Below, piece by piece: positions 10,266-20,013 of a DNA stretch of 64,000 nucleotides. The stretch covers positions 9,143 through 73,142 of the forward strand of contig JAZOWX010000015.1 in the NCBI GenBank assembly GCA_045659405.1, in the 5' to 3' direction. The position numbers and the translations under genes are program-made. The first letter of the stretch is position 1; each line of letters opens with the position of its first letter. A model generated the notes under the pieces. The model was not told the DNA's origin. It searched no databases and saw only the letters and a program-made list of their open reading frames with translations. This stretch comes from Eubacteriales bacterium. Its GTDB lineage: Bacteria > Bacillota > Clostridia > Oscillospirales > CAG-272.

Positions 10266-10695
10266 TTTCAAGCCTGACGGAAAATGCTATTACTGCGGCG
10301 ACGAGTGTATGCAGTATATGAAGCCTATATTCGAGAATGACTATGCGATATCCTATATGGCGGGATATCAGAAATACTATCCCGGCAGATGTATAGTTGT
10401 CCTCAAAGCGCACAAGGTGGAGCTTAACGAATTTACCCCCGAGGAGCTAAACGGCTTTTTCGAGGTCGTAAGCCGTGTTGCGGGCGCTATTCAGAAGGCT
10501 TTTCCCTGCGACAAGCTCAACTACGGCACCTGCGGCGACACAAACCCGCATTTCCATATGCACATAGTACCGAAAATCAAGGACGGCTACACCTGGGGCA
10601 AGCTCTTTGAGATGCTCCCACCCGAGGACGACAGAGTCCTCATTCCGATAGAGGAGCTTGACAAAATGATTGAAAAAATCAGGGCTTGTCTTTAA
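10255..10695 (+). CDS. HIT family protein
   Basis: 'NPHFHMHIVPK' histidine triad. The start overlaps the LarA-like gene by 11 nt, with GGAGGAG upstream. Confidence 0.8.
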   Translation: MYIDFKPDGKCYYCGDECMQYMKPIFENDYAISYMAGYQKYYPGRCIVVLKAHKVELNEFTPEELNGFFEVVSRVAGAIQKAFPCDKLNYGTCGDTNPHFHMHIVPKIKDGYTWGKLFEMLPPEDDRVLIPIEELDKMIEKIRACL

Positions 10696-10771
10696 TATAC
10701 ACCAATCTTCACAAAGAACCGCTCCGCAACAGAAAGCAGAGCTACCGACAAGGATAAGCGAGGAAAACTCT

Positions 10772-11902
10772 ATGAAAATAGTTGCAGCAATAGACTCCTT
10801 TAAGGGCAGCCTTACGACCTTTGACGCCGCAGAGGCGGCAAAGTGCGGAATACAGCGTGTATACCCCGATGCCGAGGTCGTGATATCTCCGATAGCCGAC
10901 GGCGGTGAGGGCACAGCGCAGGCAATAGTCTATGCAAACGGCGGTGTTATGCGAAGCGTTGCCACCTCGGGACCGCTCGGCGATACGGTCATTGCCGAAT
11001 ACGGTATTTGCGGTGAGGTTGCAATTATAGAAATGGCGGCGGCAAGCGGACTTCCTCTTGTGCCAACCGATAAAAGAAATCCGCTTTATACCGACACCTA
11101 CGGAACGGGTGAGCTTATACTCGACGCTTTGCGCCAGGGATGCCGCAAATTTATTATCGGTATCGGCGGCAGCGCCACGAATGACGGCGGTATAGGTATG
11201 CTGCGTGCGCTCGGCGCAAAATTTCTTGACGAGGGCGGAAATCCCGTCAGCCGTGGCGGTATCGGTCTTTCGGAGCTTCGGAAAATAGAGGTATCCGATA
11301 TGGCAAAGGAGCTTTCCGAGTGCAGCTTTACCGTTGCCTGCGACGTTACAAATCCCCTGTGCGGTGAGCGTGGGTGCAGTCGCATCTTTGCACCGCAAAA
11401 GGGAGCGGATGAAAAAATTATCACCGATATGGACTCCTGGCTTTCAAAATATGCCGAGCTGACAAAGACGGTAAATCCCACATCCGACCCAAATTATCCG
11501 GGGGCGGGAGCTGCCGGGGGTCTTGGCTTTGCCTTTCTTTCATTCCTCGGTGCGACACTCAAATCGGGTATAGATATAGTCATAGCCGAAACAGGACTTG
11601 AGGAGCATATAAAAACCGCAGATTTCGTCATTACGGGCGAGGGTCGGCTTGACGGTCAGTCGCTTATGGGTAAGGCGCCGATAGGCGTCGCTTCGATTGC
11701 AAAAAAATACGGGAAGCCCGTGATAGCAATTGCGGGCGGAGTCACGGATGATGCGATAGAAGCACACGGACACGGCATTGATGCAATCTTCCCGATTGTA
11801 AGAGGCCCGATAGCTCTTGCCGAGGCTATGAAGGAGGATGTTGCACGTAAAAACATTTCAGCTACGGTAGAGCAAATTTTCAGACTTATAAGCATAAAAT
11901 AA
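10772..11902 (+). CDS. Glycerate kinase
   Basis: ATG at 10772 after gagga. N-terminus 'MKIVAAIDSFKGSLT', plus 'IIGIGGSATNDGGIGML' and 'VITGEGRLDGQSLMGKAP', typical of the GlxK/GarK family. Confidence 0.85.
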   Translation: MKIVAAIDSFKGSLTTFDAAEAAKCGIQRVYPDAEVVISPIADGGEGTAQAIVYANGGVMRSVATSGPLGDTVIAEYGICGEVAIIEMAAASGLPLVPTDKRNPLYTDTYGTGELILDALRQGCRKFIIGIGGSATNDGGIGMLRALGAKFLDEGGNPVSRGGIGLSELRKIEVSDMAKELSECSFTVACDVTNPLCGERGCSRIFAPQKGADEKIITDMDSWLSKYAELTKTVNPTSDPNYPGAGAAGGLGFAFLSFLGATLKSGIDIVIAETGLEEHIKTADFVITGEGRLDGQSLMGKAPIGVASIAKKYGKPVIAIAGGVTDDAIEAHGHGIDAIFPIVRGPIALAEAMKEDVARKNISATVEQIFRLISIK

Positions 11903-11950
11903 CCGTTTTTGCAAACAATTGTTTTAATAATATAGGCAAGGTGGAGAAAA

Positions 11951-13084
11951 ATGAATATTAACTCAACTAAAATCTCGACGGATTTTACCGGCGAGTATTG
12001 CTTCACACACGCAAGAGCTGTTATTTTAGATAACGGCTTCGGAATTATGACCTCCCAGCCGTTAAGACTCACGGGATGTGATATTTTCTACGGAATTTAC
12101 ATATCCAAAACAAATGATGCGGGTAAGAGCTGGTCAAAGCTCACCCCAAGCCAAACGCTGACAAGATATGCGCTGGGCGACGGCTTGGAAATGGCTATAT
12201 GCGATGCAACACCCATATATCACGAAAAAACAGGTAAAATCCTGCTGATAGGTCAAAGCGCTACCTATCTTAACGATGAAGCGGCGCCCCACTCGTCAAG
12301 ACACACGCTGTATGCCGTATATGACGATGTGACAGGTGACTTTGCACCGTTCAAAATTGTTGATATGCGAAAGGCGGATTCGCTTTACTACTCGGCGGGC
12401 AGCGGAAGCTCGCAGTACGTTATAGAGGAAAACGGTGATATACTTATTCCCATTTACCACATGGACTTTGAAAGCTCCAAGGATGCGTGGGGTAACTGCT
12501 ACGAAAGCTCGGTTATGCGTTGCTCCTTTGACGGTCAGACGCTCTCGTTTTTGGAAATCGGTGACTCGGTTACGGTTGATGTGCCGAGAGGTCTGTGCGA
12601 GCCGTCCTTGATACAGCACGGGGGGGAATATTTCCTCGCCTTGCGCAATGATTTATCAGGATATGTTTCAAAGGGATATGACGGCTTGAATTACGAAGCT
12701 CCAATAGAGCTTGTGTGGGATAGCGGTGAGAATATCGGAAACTACTGCACACAGCAGCACTGGATATCGCTTGACAATAAGCTTTATATGGTTTACACAA
12801 GACGCAGCGCTGATAACGGCAACGTTTTTCGTCACAGAGCGCCGCTCTTTATCGCAGAATTCGATACGGAGCGTATGTGCCTTATAAAAGCGACAGAGCG
12901 GATTGCCGTGCCAAACCGAGGCGCAAGGCTCGGAAACTTCGGCTGTCAGAGCAGAGAAAAGGATGCGTTCATATTCGCAGCCGAGTGGATGCAAACGACA
13001 GACCCCGACCCCTCGGATTACAAAAAATGTATGAGCTTTAGCAGTGACAACTCGATATTCGTCCTGCGCATAACACAAGACTAA
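11951..13084 (+). CDS. Sialidase-fold (BNR/Asp-box) protein, cytoplasmic
   Basis: 377 aa. Asp-box 'SKTNDAGKSWS' and a beta-propeller-like composition. No signal peptide. Confidence 0.55.
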   Translation: MNINSTKISTDFTGEYCFTHARAVILDNGFGIMTSQPLRLTGCDIFYGIYISKTNDAGKSWSKLTPSQTLTRYALGDGLEMAICDATPIYHEKTGKILLIGQSATYLNDEAAPHSSRHTLYAVYDDVTGDFAPFKIVDMRKADSLYYSAGSGSSQYVIEENGDILIPIYHMDFESSKDAWGNCYESSVMRCSFDGQTLSFLEIGDSVTVDVPRGLCEPSLIQHGGEYFLALRNDLSGYVSKGYDGLNYEAPIELVWDSGENIGNYCTQQHWISLDNKLYMVYTRRSADNGNVFRHRAPLFIAEFDTERMCLIKATERIAVPNRGARLGNFGCQSREKDAFIFAAEWMQTTDPDPSDYKKCMSFSSDNSIFVLRITQD

Positions 13085-13150
13085 AAGCGCAAGGGCAAAA
13101 AACAAGAGCTTCAACGCTTTTACGCTCGGCTAACGCAAGAAAGGCATAGA

Positions 13151-13969
13151 ATGAAATACAAAATAGTGGCAAGCGACCTTGACGGCACGCTTCTTAACAG
13201 TAATTCAACAGTAGGCGAGAAAAACCTTAATGCAATATCACAGCTATCGGAGCTTGGTATTCACTTCGTACCCGCAACCGGCAGGACGCTTTCGGAGCTT
13301 CCCCCCGAAGTTTTAAACTGCAAGGATATCCGTTATATAATACACTCAAACGGTGCGGCAGTAACCGACAGACTCTCGGGTGAGCAAATCCGCCTGTGTA
13401 TCGGACGTGATGCCGCAGGCAGACTGCTTGATATTCTTTTTAAATACGACGCTCATCTGACGGTAAGACACGGCGGCGAAAGCTATGCCGAGGAGCTGAC
13501 AGACTCTGTTGCAAACCGCTGTAAGGTTGACCCAAATCACGTGGCGGTGATTCGTAAGTACGCAAAATTCCCAACCGATTTCAAGGAGCTTGTTTACAGC
13601 TTTGATTATATAGAGGTGATTTCGGCATACTTCCGCTTTGAGGAAGAGCGGATAAAATGCCGTGAGGAAATAGAGGCGCTCGGTGAGTGCCATGCAGTAT
13701 CGGTAGGAGAGATCGGACTTGAAATATTCGACAAGTCGGCAGGCAAGGGGGCGGCACTTTTTGCGCTGTGCGACAAGCTCGGCATAGACCACAGACAAAC
13801 AATCGGTGTCGGTGACAGCGGCAACGATATAACGCTCCTGCGTGCGGCAGGTCTTGGTCTTGCGGTAGAAAATGCGGTTGACTCGCTCAAATCCGTGTCG
13901 AATAAAATCGTATGCTCAAACGACGAGGGCGTCGTGGCTTATATTCTCGAAAACTTCTGTCGGGAATAA
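13151..13969 (+). CDS. Cof-type HAD-IIB phosphatase
   Basis: 'IVASDLDGTLLN' (motif I) and 'GVGDSGNDITLL' (motif IV). 272 aa. Confidence 0.85.
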   Translation: MKYKIVASDLDGTLLNSNSTVGEKNLNAISQLSELGIHFVPATGRTLSELPPEVLNCKDIRYIIHSNGAAVTDRLSGEQIRLCIGRDAAGRLLDILFKYDAHLTVRHGGESYAEELTDSVANRCKVDPNHVAVIRKYAKFPTDFKELVYSFDYIEVISAYFRFEEERIKCREEIEALGECHAVSVGEIGLEIFDKSAGKGAALFALCDKLGIDHRQTIGVGDSGNDITLLRAAGLGLAVENAVDSLKSVSNKIVCSNDEGVVAYILENFCRE

Positions 13970-14009
13970 AAACAGCTTTAATCAGCGAATAATCGGGTAA
14001 TATATTGCA

Positions 14010-14057
14010 AAAAAGCAAGAAAAAGACAATAGTTATTGTCTTTTTCTTGCTTTTTAT
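14010..14057. terminator. Bidirectional terminator
   Basis: 16-bp perfect stem gcaagaaaaagacaat / attgtctttttcttgc, flanked by A6 and T5. Lies between convergent genes. Confidence 0.8.
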
Positions 14058-14091
14058 TTGATTTACCGCTTGTGTTTTAATTTCGGTGCGT

Positions 14092-14538
14092 TTACAGCTT
14101 TATTTTAACCACGGCCTTTTTAAAAGCTCCGCCCTCGCCGACCATTGCAGGTATATGCGCATCCTCGGGGAATACTATACAGAAATCCCCCACCCCGAGT
14201 ATAAGCTTATTTACCTTGCCCGAGGCGAGCAGATAGTCCTCATCTTTAACGTACTCCTTGACAACCGCAAGCTTTTCAATATCCGAGTACCCCATACCTT
14301 CAGTACCCTGTATGCAGTAGTGTATGTCGAGGTAATCCCTGTGAGCTTCAAAAACTCGAGGTGTGCCGTCGGCGGCAACATCGCTGCCCACCGAATCAAG
14401 AACATTTACTCTGAAGCCTGTGAACTCATAGCTTCCCTCGGCTGTGGCGTCGAGCGACGAAAGAAACTCAAAAGCCGCCCCAAAATTTTCATTTACCGAA
14501 TAATATCTTTTTGCGTCTTTAATATTTCCTACTATCAT
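14092..14538 (-). CDS. YhcH/YjgK/YiaL (DUF386) family protein
   Basis: ATG at 14538 ('MIVGNIKDAKRYYSVNENFGAAFEFL...'), ~148 aa, cupin-like, with 'FCIVFPEDAHIP' near the C-terminus as in family members. Confidence 0.6.
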   Translation of the reverse strand: MIVGNIKDAKRYYSVNENFGAAFEFLSSLDATAEGSYEFTGFRVNVLDSVGSDVAADGTPRVFEAHRDYLDIHYCIQGTEGMGYSDIEKLAVVKEYVKDEDYLLASGKVNKLILGVGDFCIVFPEDAHIPAMVGEGGAFKKAVVKIKL

Positions 14539-14608
14539 TTTTTCTACCAAAATCAGTTTCTTTGTTTATATTTTCAGGTGGCATTATTGTATGCTTTTTG
14601 AAAAACAA

Positions 14609-15286
14609 TCAAAGCTCCTCGAAGTGCTTGATTCCCACAACGCTGTCAACAGGAAGCGAGAAGATAACTCCGTGCGCATCGGTTGCATTTCCTGCCTTTT
14701 CCATAATTGCACGCATAATGTTATCTCTGTCAGACCTTGCCGCAACGATATACACCATTTCCTTTTCCTCGCTTATGGAAATGCCGAAGAATTTAGCCAT
14801 TTCAGAGCCCGTACCCTGCGCCTTAACGACAGTACCTCCGCTAGCTCCCGCACCTCTTGCAGCTTCCATAACGAGATCGGTATTACCTCTGTCCACAACC
14901 GTTATTATAAGAACCGTCTTTGTTTCACTCATATCCTTCTTCTCCTTTTTCTCTACCGGACCTTCGCCTGCGAAATAGTTAAGTGACGAACCGCCGCCAA
15001 CGCTGTCTATCGGGATAAATACGGCAATGCCGTTTCCTGCCGCACCTATATTCATCTTGAGGTACATATCACGCACAAGCTCGTCGTGAAGCTCGTCACG
15101 CACGAAAGCACCAAACATAACCTTTTCGGTCTTTTCAATACCGAAATAGTCGAGCATACGCTCGTTTGCAGTTCCGTGCGAGAGCATAACCATTGACCTT
15201 GCTATACCGTGCTCGGTGAAAAATTCGTGATATTTTTCGGCATATTCTCTTTGGGTTATAAGTATAAGATATTTTAGTCCTAACAT
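14609..15286 (-). CDS. Tandem (fused) P-II-like signal transduction protein
   Basis: 225 aa made of two ~100-aa halves. Each has a beta-alpha-beta pattern and ends in '...GIAVFIPIDSVGG' or '...GVIFSLPVDSVVG'. Sits immediately downstream of the DUF1538 gene. Confidence 0.65.
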   Translation of the reverse strand: MLGLKYLILITQREYAEKYHEFFTEHGIARSMVMLSHGTANERMLDYFGIEKTEKVMFGAFVRDELHDELVRDMYLKMNIGAAGNGIAVFIPIDSVGGGSSLNYFAGEGPVEKKEKKDMSETKTVLIITVVDRGNTDLVMEAARGAGASGGTVVKAQGTGSEMAKFFGISISEEKEMVYIVAARSDRDNIMRAIMEKAGNATDAHGVIFSLPVDSVVGIKHFEEL

Positions 15287-15295
15287 AATCTCACC

Positions 15296-16858
15296 TTACT
15301 CGATAATATCCTCGACAGTAATAACAGCCGTATCCTCTGCCGCAGCGATATTTTCTTCCTTTTTAATTCTTGCTGTCTTTATCTTATAGACCAGACCAAG
15401 TATCTGAATTGTAATGAGGGGCGTCATAGCAACCATTGCCACAACTCCGAAGCCCTCGGTTGCCACGTTTCCGCCAACGGCACGGCAAACACCGAGCGCA
15501 AGCGGCATAAGAAAGCTTGCCGTCATAGCACCCGAGGCAACTCCGCCCGAATCGAATGCTATCGCTGTGAATATATCCGGAACAACAAAGGTAAGAACGA
15601 TTGCTATAAGATATCCCGGAATCAGGAAATACATAATCGGAATATGTAAAATAATACGGAGCATCGAAAGTCCTACCGACACCGCAACACCTATCATAAG
15701 GCTGCCACGGAGCGCACTTTTTGCTATTGCGCCCGAGGTAATTTCGTAAACCTGCTTTGTAAGAACGTGCACCGCAGGCTCTGCCGCAACAACGAAGAAT
15801 CCGACAGCCATTCCTATCGGCAGGATTATCCAGTTATAGGAAAGCGAGCCCAACGTCTCTCCGACAAAGCTACCTACGGGCAGGAAGCCGACGTTTACTC
15901 CGAGCAGGAAAAGAACAAGTCCGAAATAGGTATAAAGAACACCGACGATTATTCTGATTATCTGCTGACGGGCAACACGCTGACCGAACAGCTGGAAAAT
16001 AAAGTAGAATGCAACTATCGGCAGAAGCGCTATCGCAACCTCCTCCATATAATGCGGAAGCTCTGTAACGAAAAGACGAAGCAGCTCCTTGGAATCCGAA
16101 ACGTCAGGCACGACTGCGGCTGACGAGTTAATTGTTTCGGGCTGATATATAATACCGAGAAGCATTACCGAAAGTATCGGGCCAATCGAGCAAAGCGCCG
16201 TAAGACCAAAGCTGTCAGTTTCGGCATTCTTGTCGCTTCTGAGCGAGGCAACGCCCGTACCGATAGCTATAATAAAGGGTACGCTCATCGGGCCTGTGGT
16301 AACTCCGCCCGAGTCAAACGCAAGCGGAATAAACACGTCAGGAACAAATACCGAAAGAACAAATACACCGGCATAGAAGCCGATAAGAAGATATGCGAGT
16401 TTTATTTTAAGCACGATTCGCAAAAATGCAATAACGAGAAAGGCGCCGACACCAACACCAACAGCCATAATAAGAAGCCAGGGGTCGATTGTTTGTGCGA
16501 GCTGTTTTCCCAGCACCTGCAAATCAGGCTCGGAAATGGTGATCATAATACCAACGATAAAGCATATCGGTAAGATTATCCATAATTTTTTGGTTTTCAT
16601 TACCGACGTGCCGACGTACTCGCCGATAGGTGTCATAGCCGTATCTGCACCCAGGGTGAAAAGACCCATACCGACAATTACGAGAAAAGCGCCGAGAACA
16701 AACGCTAAAAGCACCCCGCTGTTAATTGGGGCAACCGTGACGCTGAGCGCCAGAACTATCAAGGTTATCGGCAGAACAGACGTAAAGGCCTCTTTGACCT
16801 TTTCCGAAATAATCGTCCTGTCCGCCCGAATAAAGCTGATTCTGTTTTTCAAGGGCAT
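15296..16858 (-). CDS. DUF1538 family multi-pass membrane protein
   Basis: ATG at 16858 after GGAGAG. Internally duplicated membrane protein: 'FDSGGVTTGPMSVPFI' and 'FDSGGVASGAMTASFL' recur in the two halves. Confidence 0.7.
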   Translation of the reverse strand: MPLKNRISFIRADRTIISEKVKEAFTSVLPITLIVLALSVTVAPINSGVLLAFVLGAFLVIVGMGLFTLGADTAMTPIGEYVGTSVMKTKKLWIILPICFIVGIMITISEPDLQVLGKQLAQTIDPWLLIMAVGVGVGAFLVIAFLRIVLKIKLAYLLIGFYAGVFVLSVFVPDVFIPLAFDSGGVTTGPMSVPFIIAIGTGVASLRSDKNAETDSFGLTALCSIGPILSVMLLGIIYQPETINSSAAVVPDVSDSKELLRLFVTELPHYMEEVAIALLPIVAFYFIFQLFGQRVARQQIIRIIVGVLYTYFGLVLFLLGVNVGFLPVGSFVGETLGSLSYNWIILPIGMAVGFFVVAAEPAVHVLTKQVYEITSGAIAKSALRGSLMIGVAVSVGLSMLRIILHIPIMYFLIPGYLIAIVLTFVVPDIFTAIAFDSGGVASGAMTASFLMPLALGVCRAVGGNVATEGFGVVAMVAMTPLITIQILGLVYKIKTARIKKEENIAAAEDTAVITVEDIIE

Positions 16859-16956
16859 ATACTCTCCATATTTTGCTGTAAACATTATACCAAATATACT
16901 ATTTACTGTCAACACTTAATATGCCGACAAAGCGCATAAAATAATTATATGATAAT

Positions 16957-17010
16957 AAAAACCCCCGTTTAGCGTAGCGCCCTTAAGACACTGCCTAAAC
17001 GGGGATTTTT
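16957..17010. terminator. Hairpin terminator
   Basis: ccccgtttag (16963-16972) pairs with ctaaacgggg (16995-17004). Flanked by A5 and T5. Confidence 0.5.
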
Positions 17011-17047
17011 ATTTGGGGTTGCCTAAAGCACAGCTACCCGTGTTATA

Positions 17048-18097
17048 TTACTTTTTGATAGCAACTCTTGCGCCGCCGTTATCAGCCGACTCAATCTCTG
17101 CCATAACGATTCTTACGGAATCAACACTCTCCTCCGGCATATCATCAAGAGGCTCTTTGTTGTTTATGAGGCAATCACAGAAGTAAAAAATTTCTTCATA
17201 GTATGCGGTGAATGGGAGAAGGTCGTTGTTGGTGGTTTCGGAAATAACGTTTCCTCTTCCGTCCTGAACGCTCTTTTCAAGAATTTGTCTGCCGGGTGTA
17301 CGCTCGCAACGAACGTATCCCTTTTCAAAGTTTACGTGAACAACTCTGTTTTCGTACTTGCCACGGTTAGGTCCTGCCCACTGAGCTATTGCGTTTACCC
17401 ACATTCCGTCATACATAAGGTTAGCAGAAATGATGTCGTATCCGTTTACCTTTGCATCACCCGTAGAAATAGCCGCTACGCTAACAGCCTCAGGCATACC
17501 GAACATCCAACGGATAACGTCAATATTATGAATGTGATAGTCAAGTGTTGCGCCGCCCGAAAGGTTCTTGTCCCAGAACCACTTGTCGTAGTTTCTGCCC
17601 ATAGGACGAACGCCACCGCCCGCATGTCTGAACTCTGCGTAAAGCGGCTTGCCAAGCTCACCCGAATCAACAACTTCCTTTACATAGCGAGCTCCCTTCC
17701 AGAATCTATTGCAGTAAGCAATCATAAGCTTCTTACCGGTTCTGTTCTTTGCTTCTACCATAGCCTCTGCAGCCTCGGTGTTGATAGCCATAGGCTTCTC
17801 GGAAAGAACGTTATAGCCCATTTCCATAGCCTTGATAGCAACGGGGGAGTGAAGATACGTAGGAAGACAGATGTCAACGTAGTCAAGCTTACCCTTTTCT
17901 GCCTCAAGCATCTCGTCAACAGACTTGTACTCGCGGAAGTTATGACCTCTTCCTCTTACCTCTGCAAGACGAATCTCCTCCTTATCGCAAACAGCAACGA
18001 CCTCAACAGGACCGTTTTCCTTGGCAATCTTTTCGTACGCTGCAAGATGCGCGTCTACACCGATGTTACCAAGACCGATAATACCAACCTTTAACAT
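17048..18097 (-). CDS. Gfo/Idh/MocA family oxidoreductase
   Basis: N-terminal Rossmann 'LKVGIIGLGNIG', 'LSEKPMA' motif, 349 aa. Confidence 0.85.
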   Translation of the reverse strand: MLKVGIIGLGNIGVDAHLAAYEKIAKENGPVEVVAVCDKEEIRLAEVRGRGHNFREYKSVDEMLEAEKGKLDYVDICLPTYLHSPVAIKAMEMGYNVLSEKPMAINTEAAEAMVEAKNRTGKKLMIAYCNRFWKGARYVKEVVDSGELGKPLYAEFRHAGGGVRPMGRNYDKWFWDKNLSGGATLDYHIHNIDVIRWMFGMPEAVSVAAISTGDAKVNGYDIISANLMYDGMWVNAIAQWAGPNRGKYENRVVHVNFEKGYVRCERTPGRQILEKSVQDGRGNVISETTNNDLLPFTAYYEEIFYFCDCLINNKEPLDDMPEESVDSVRIVMAEIESADNGGARVAIKK

Positions 18098-18189
18098 AGT
18101 TAATTCTCCTTAAAATATGTATTTTTAAAAGTTTTGTTTACAAAATTTATTTTTTGAAAAGCTTTTTAACCGCAAGCTTTATCGACATA

Positions 18190-19029
18190 TTACTTTGCCG
18201 CCTTTGCAATAAGCTCCTCGAGGAACTTCTTGGTTTCGGCAATCTCGGCGTCACGCTCGGGGCTGTCGGGAATTTCACGCTCAATTGTGATATATCCGTC
18301 ATAGCCGATCTCGGTAAGCTTTTCGATAAGCTTCGGGTAGTTTGCGCCGCCCTTGCCTACCATAACCTCTTTACCCTTTGGGTTTCCGTCCTGGGGATAA
18401 ACAGCATCCTTGCCGTGGAAGCCGCAAACGTAGGGTGCAAACATACAGAGCGCATCGTAGGAATTTGCTCTGCCGTTTATCATCATATTTGCAGGGTCGT
18501 AGTTGATACCGATGTTATCGCAGCCAATCTCCTTGATAAGCTGTACGAGCGAGTTGGGAAGCTCCTCACCCGTCTCGAAGAGGAAGCGCTGACCGTATGG
18601 AGCTATCGTCTTGCAGATATGGCGAAGCGCTACCATTGCGCCGAGTCTGTCCTTATCGAAGGGGTTATCAGGAAGATATCCCATGTGAGTGATAATATCC
18701 TTAACACCGAGCTTTCTTGCAAGCTCCGCACCACCGAGAATATCCTTAACTCTCTGATTTCTGTAAGCCGCAGGAACAAGACCGAGGGTGAGGTACATAT
18801 TCGGGTAGCTCCATTCAACAGGGCCTGACCAGCCGCACCAAACGGCTGTAACCTTGAAATCAAGCTCTGCCATAGCACGCTTTACCTCGTTTGCAAACTC
18901 ATCCGTATGCATCGACATATCCCATACGGAAAGCTGGCAGTTGTCAAATCCAAGCTCCTTTGCCCACTTGAATTTAGCATACACGTTATCGGTGTTAACG
19001 TCACTTATAAGAATACCGACTTTTATCAT
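18190..19029 (-). CDS. Sugar phosphate isomerase/epimerase (xylose isomerase-like TIM barrel)
   Basis: 279 aa, with typical family length and pattern ('FLFETGEE', 'IGINYDPANM', 'GFHGKD'). Confidence 0.7.
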   Translation of the reverse strand: MIKVGILISDVNTDNVYAKFKWAKELGFDNCQLSVWDMSMHTDEFANEVKRAMAELDFKVTAVWCGWSGPVEWSYPNMYLTLGLVPAAYRNQRVKDILGGAELARKLGVKDIITHMGYLPDNPFDKDRLGAMVALRHICKTIAPYGQRFLFETGEELPNSLVQLIKEIGCDNIGINYDPANMMINGRANSYDALCMFAPYVCGFHGKDAVYPQDGNPKGKEVMVGKGGANYPKLIEKLTEIGYDGYITIEREIPDSPERDAEIAETKKFLEELIAKAAK

Positions 19030-19072
19030 TGTTTTCTCCTGTTATGTAAAGTTTTGTTTTAAAATCAGAGAA

Positions 19073-19846
19073 TTAAAGCTTCTCTAGCCAGCTCTCAAGC
19101 CACTTGCAGGAAAGTGTTGCTCTGATTACGGGAGTGTACTCGCCTCTTGCGCCGAACTCGATATAGAAGGTCTCTGCCTTACCGATATCACGTGCAACGG
19201 TGAAGAACTCATCCCAGTCAAGCTCGGACTTCCAAACGGGTGTGGTGTAGCCAAGCTCCTTGCCGTAGCCCTTAACGTGAACAACGGGCGCTCTGCCGGG
19301 GAACTTTTTAATGCACTCGATGGGGTCACCGCCGCCCGCCATCATATTACCGGTATCAATAGTCATACCGAAGTCCTCGGGAGTATTCATAAATACGTAC
19401 TCATAGAACGGAACGTCGCCAACCTTGTTAAGATAGTCACCGTCGTGAGCGTGGTAGCCCGAGCGAATTCCTCTTGATTTGAGGTACTCGTTAGCCTCTA
19501 CCATAAGCTTTACGCACTCATCAGCATAGCTCTCATCTTCTTTGAGCTTGTCGAACCTTACAGAGCCTACGACAAGGCTCTTTGCGCCAAGCGTAATAAG
19601 AGCATCGGCAGCCTTCTCAATTTTTCCGGGAACTATATCGTCAATTCCGCACATTGCGCTGTAACAAACAAGTCCCACCTCGTCAAGGTAGCCCCTCATC
19701 TTTTCAGCCTCGTCAAAGCAAGCACCGGCGAGAAGCTCAACACCGTCATAGCCCATTTCCTTTATCATTTTAAAGGTTCCCAGCGGATCCTCTGCAAAAT
19801 CCTCACGAAGCGAGTGAATCTGGATAGCGATTGGATACTTTTTCAT
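19073..19846 (-). CDS. Sugar phosphate isomerase/epimerase (xylose isomerase-like TIM barrel)
   Basis: 257 aa. 'MGYDGVEL', 'GYHAHDGD', 'TIDTGNMMAGG' and 'VHVKG' fit the AP-endonuclease-2/xylose isomerase-like TIM pattern. Confidence 0.7.
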   Translation of the reverse strand: MKKYPIAIQIHSLREDFAEDPLGTFKMIKEMGYDGVELLAGACFDEAEKMRGYLDEVGLVCYSAMCGIDDIVPGKIEKAADALITLGAKSLVVGSVRFDKLKEDESYADECVKLMVEANEYLKSRGIRSGYHAHDGDYLNKVGDVPFYEYVFMNTPEDFGMTIDTGNMMAGGGDPIECIKKFPGRAPVVHVKGYGKELGYTTPVWKSELDWDEFFTVARDIGKAETFYIEFGARGEYTPVIRATLSCKWLESWLEKL

Positions 19847-20013
19847 AATAAAATCTCCCTGTGAATATTTATTTAAATTTTACCTATTGCTTTTTATGCA
19901 CTTTTATTATATAATGTTTTTGCGCAAAAGCAAAGCGAAAAATTGCTTGTTCTTAACACTAAATTGCTTTTTTCTCGTATTTTTCAAAAAAACAAGGATT
20001 GGAAGAGAAAAAT

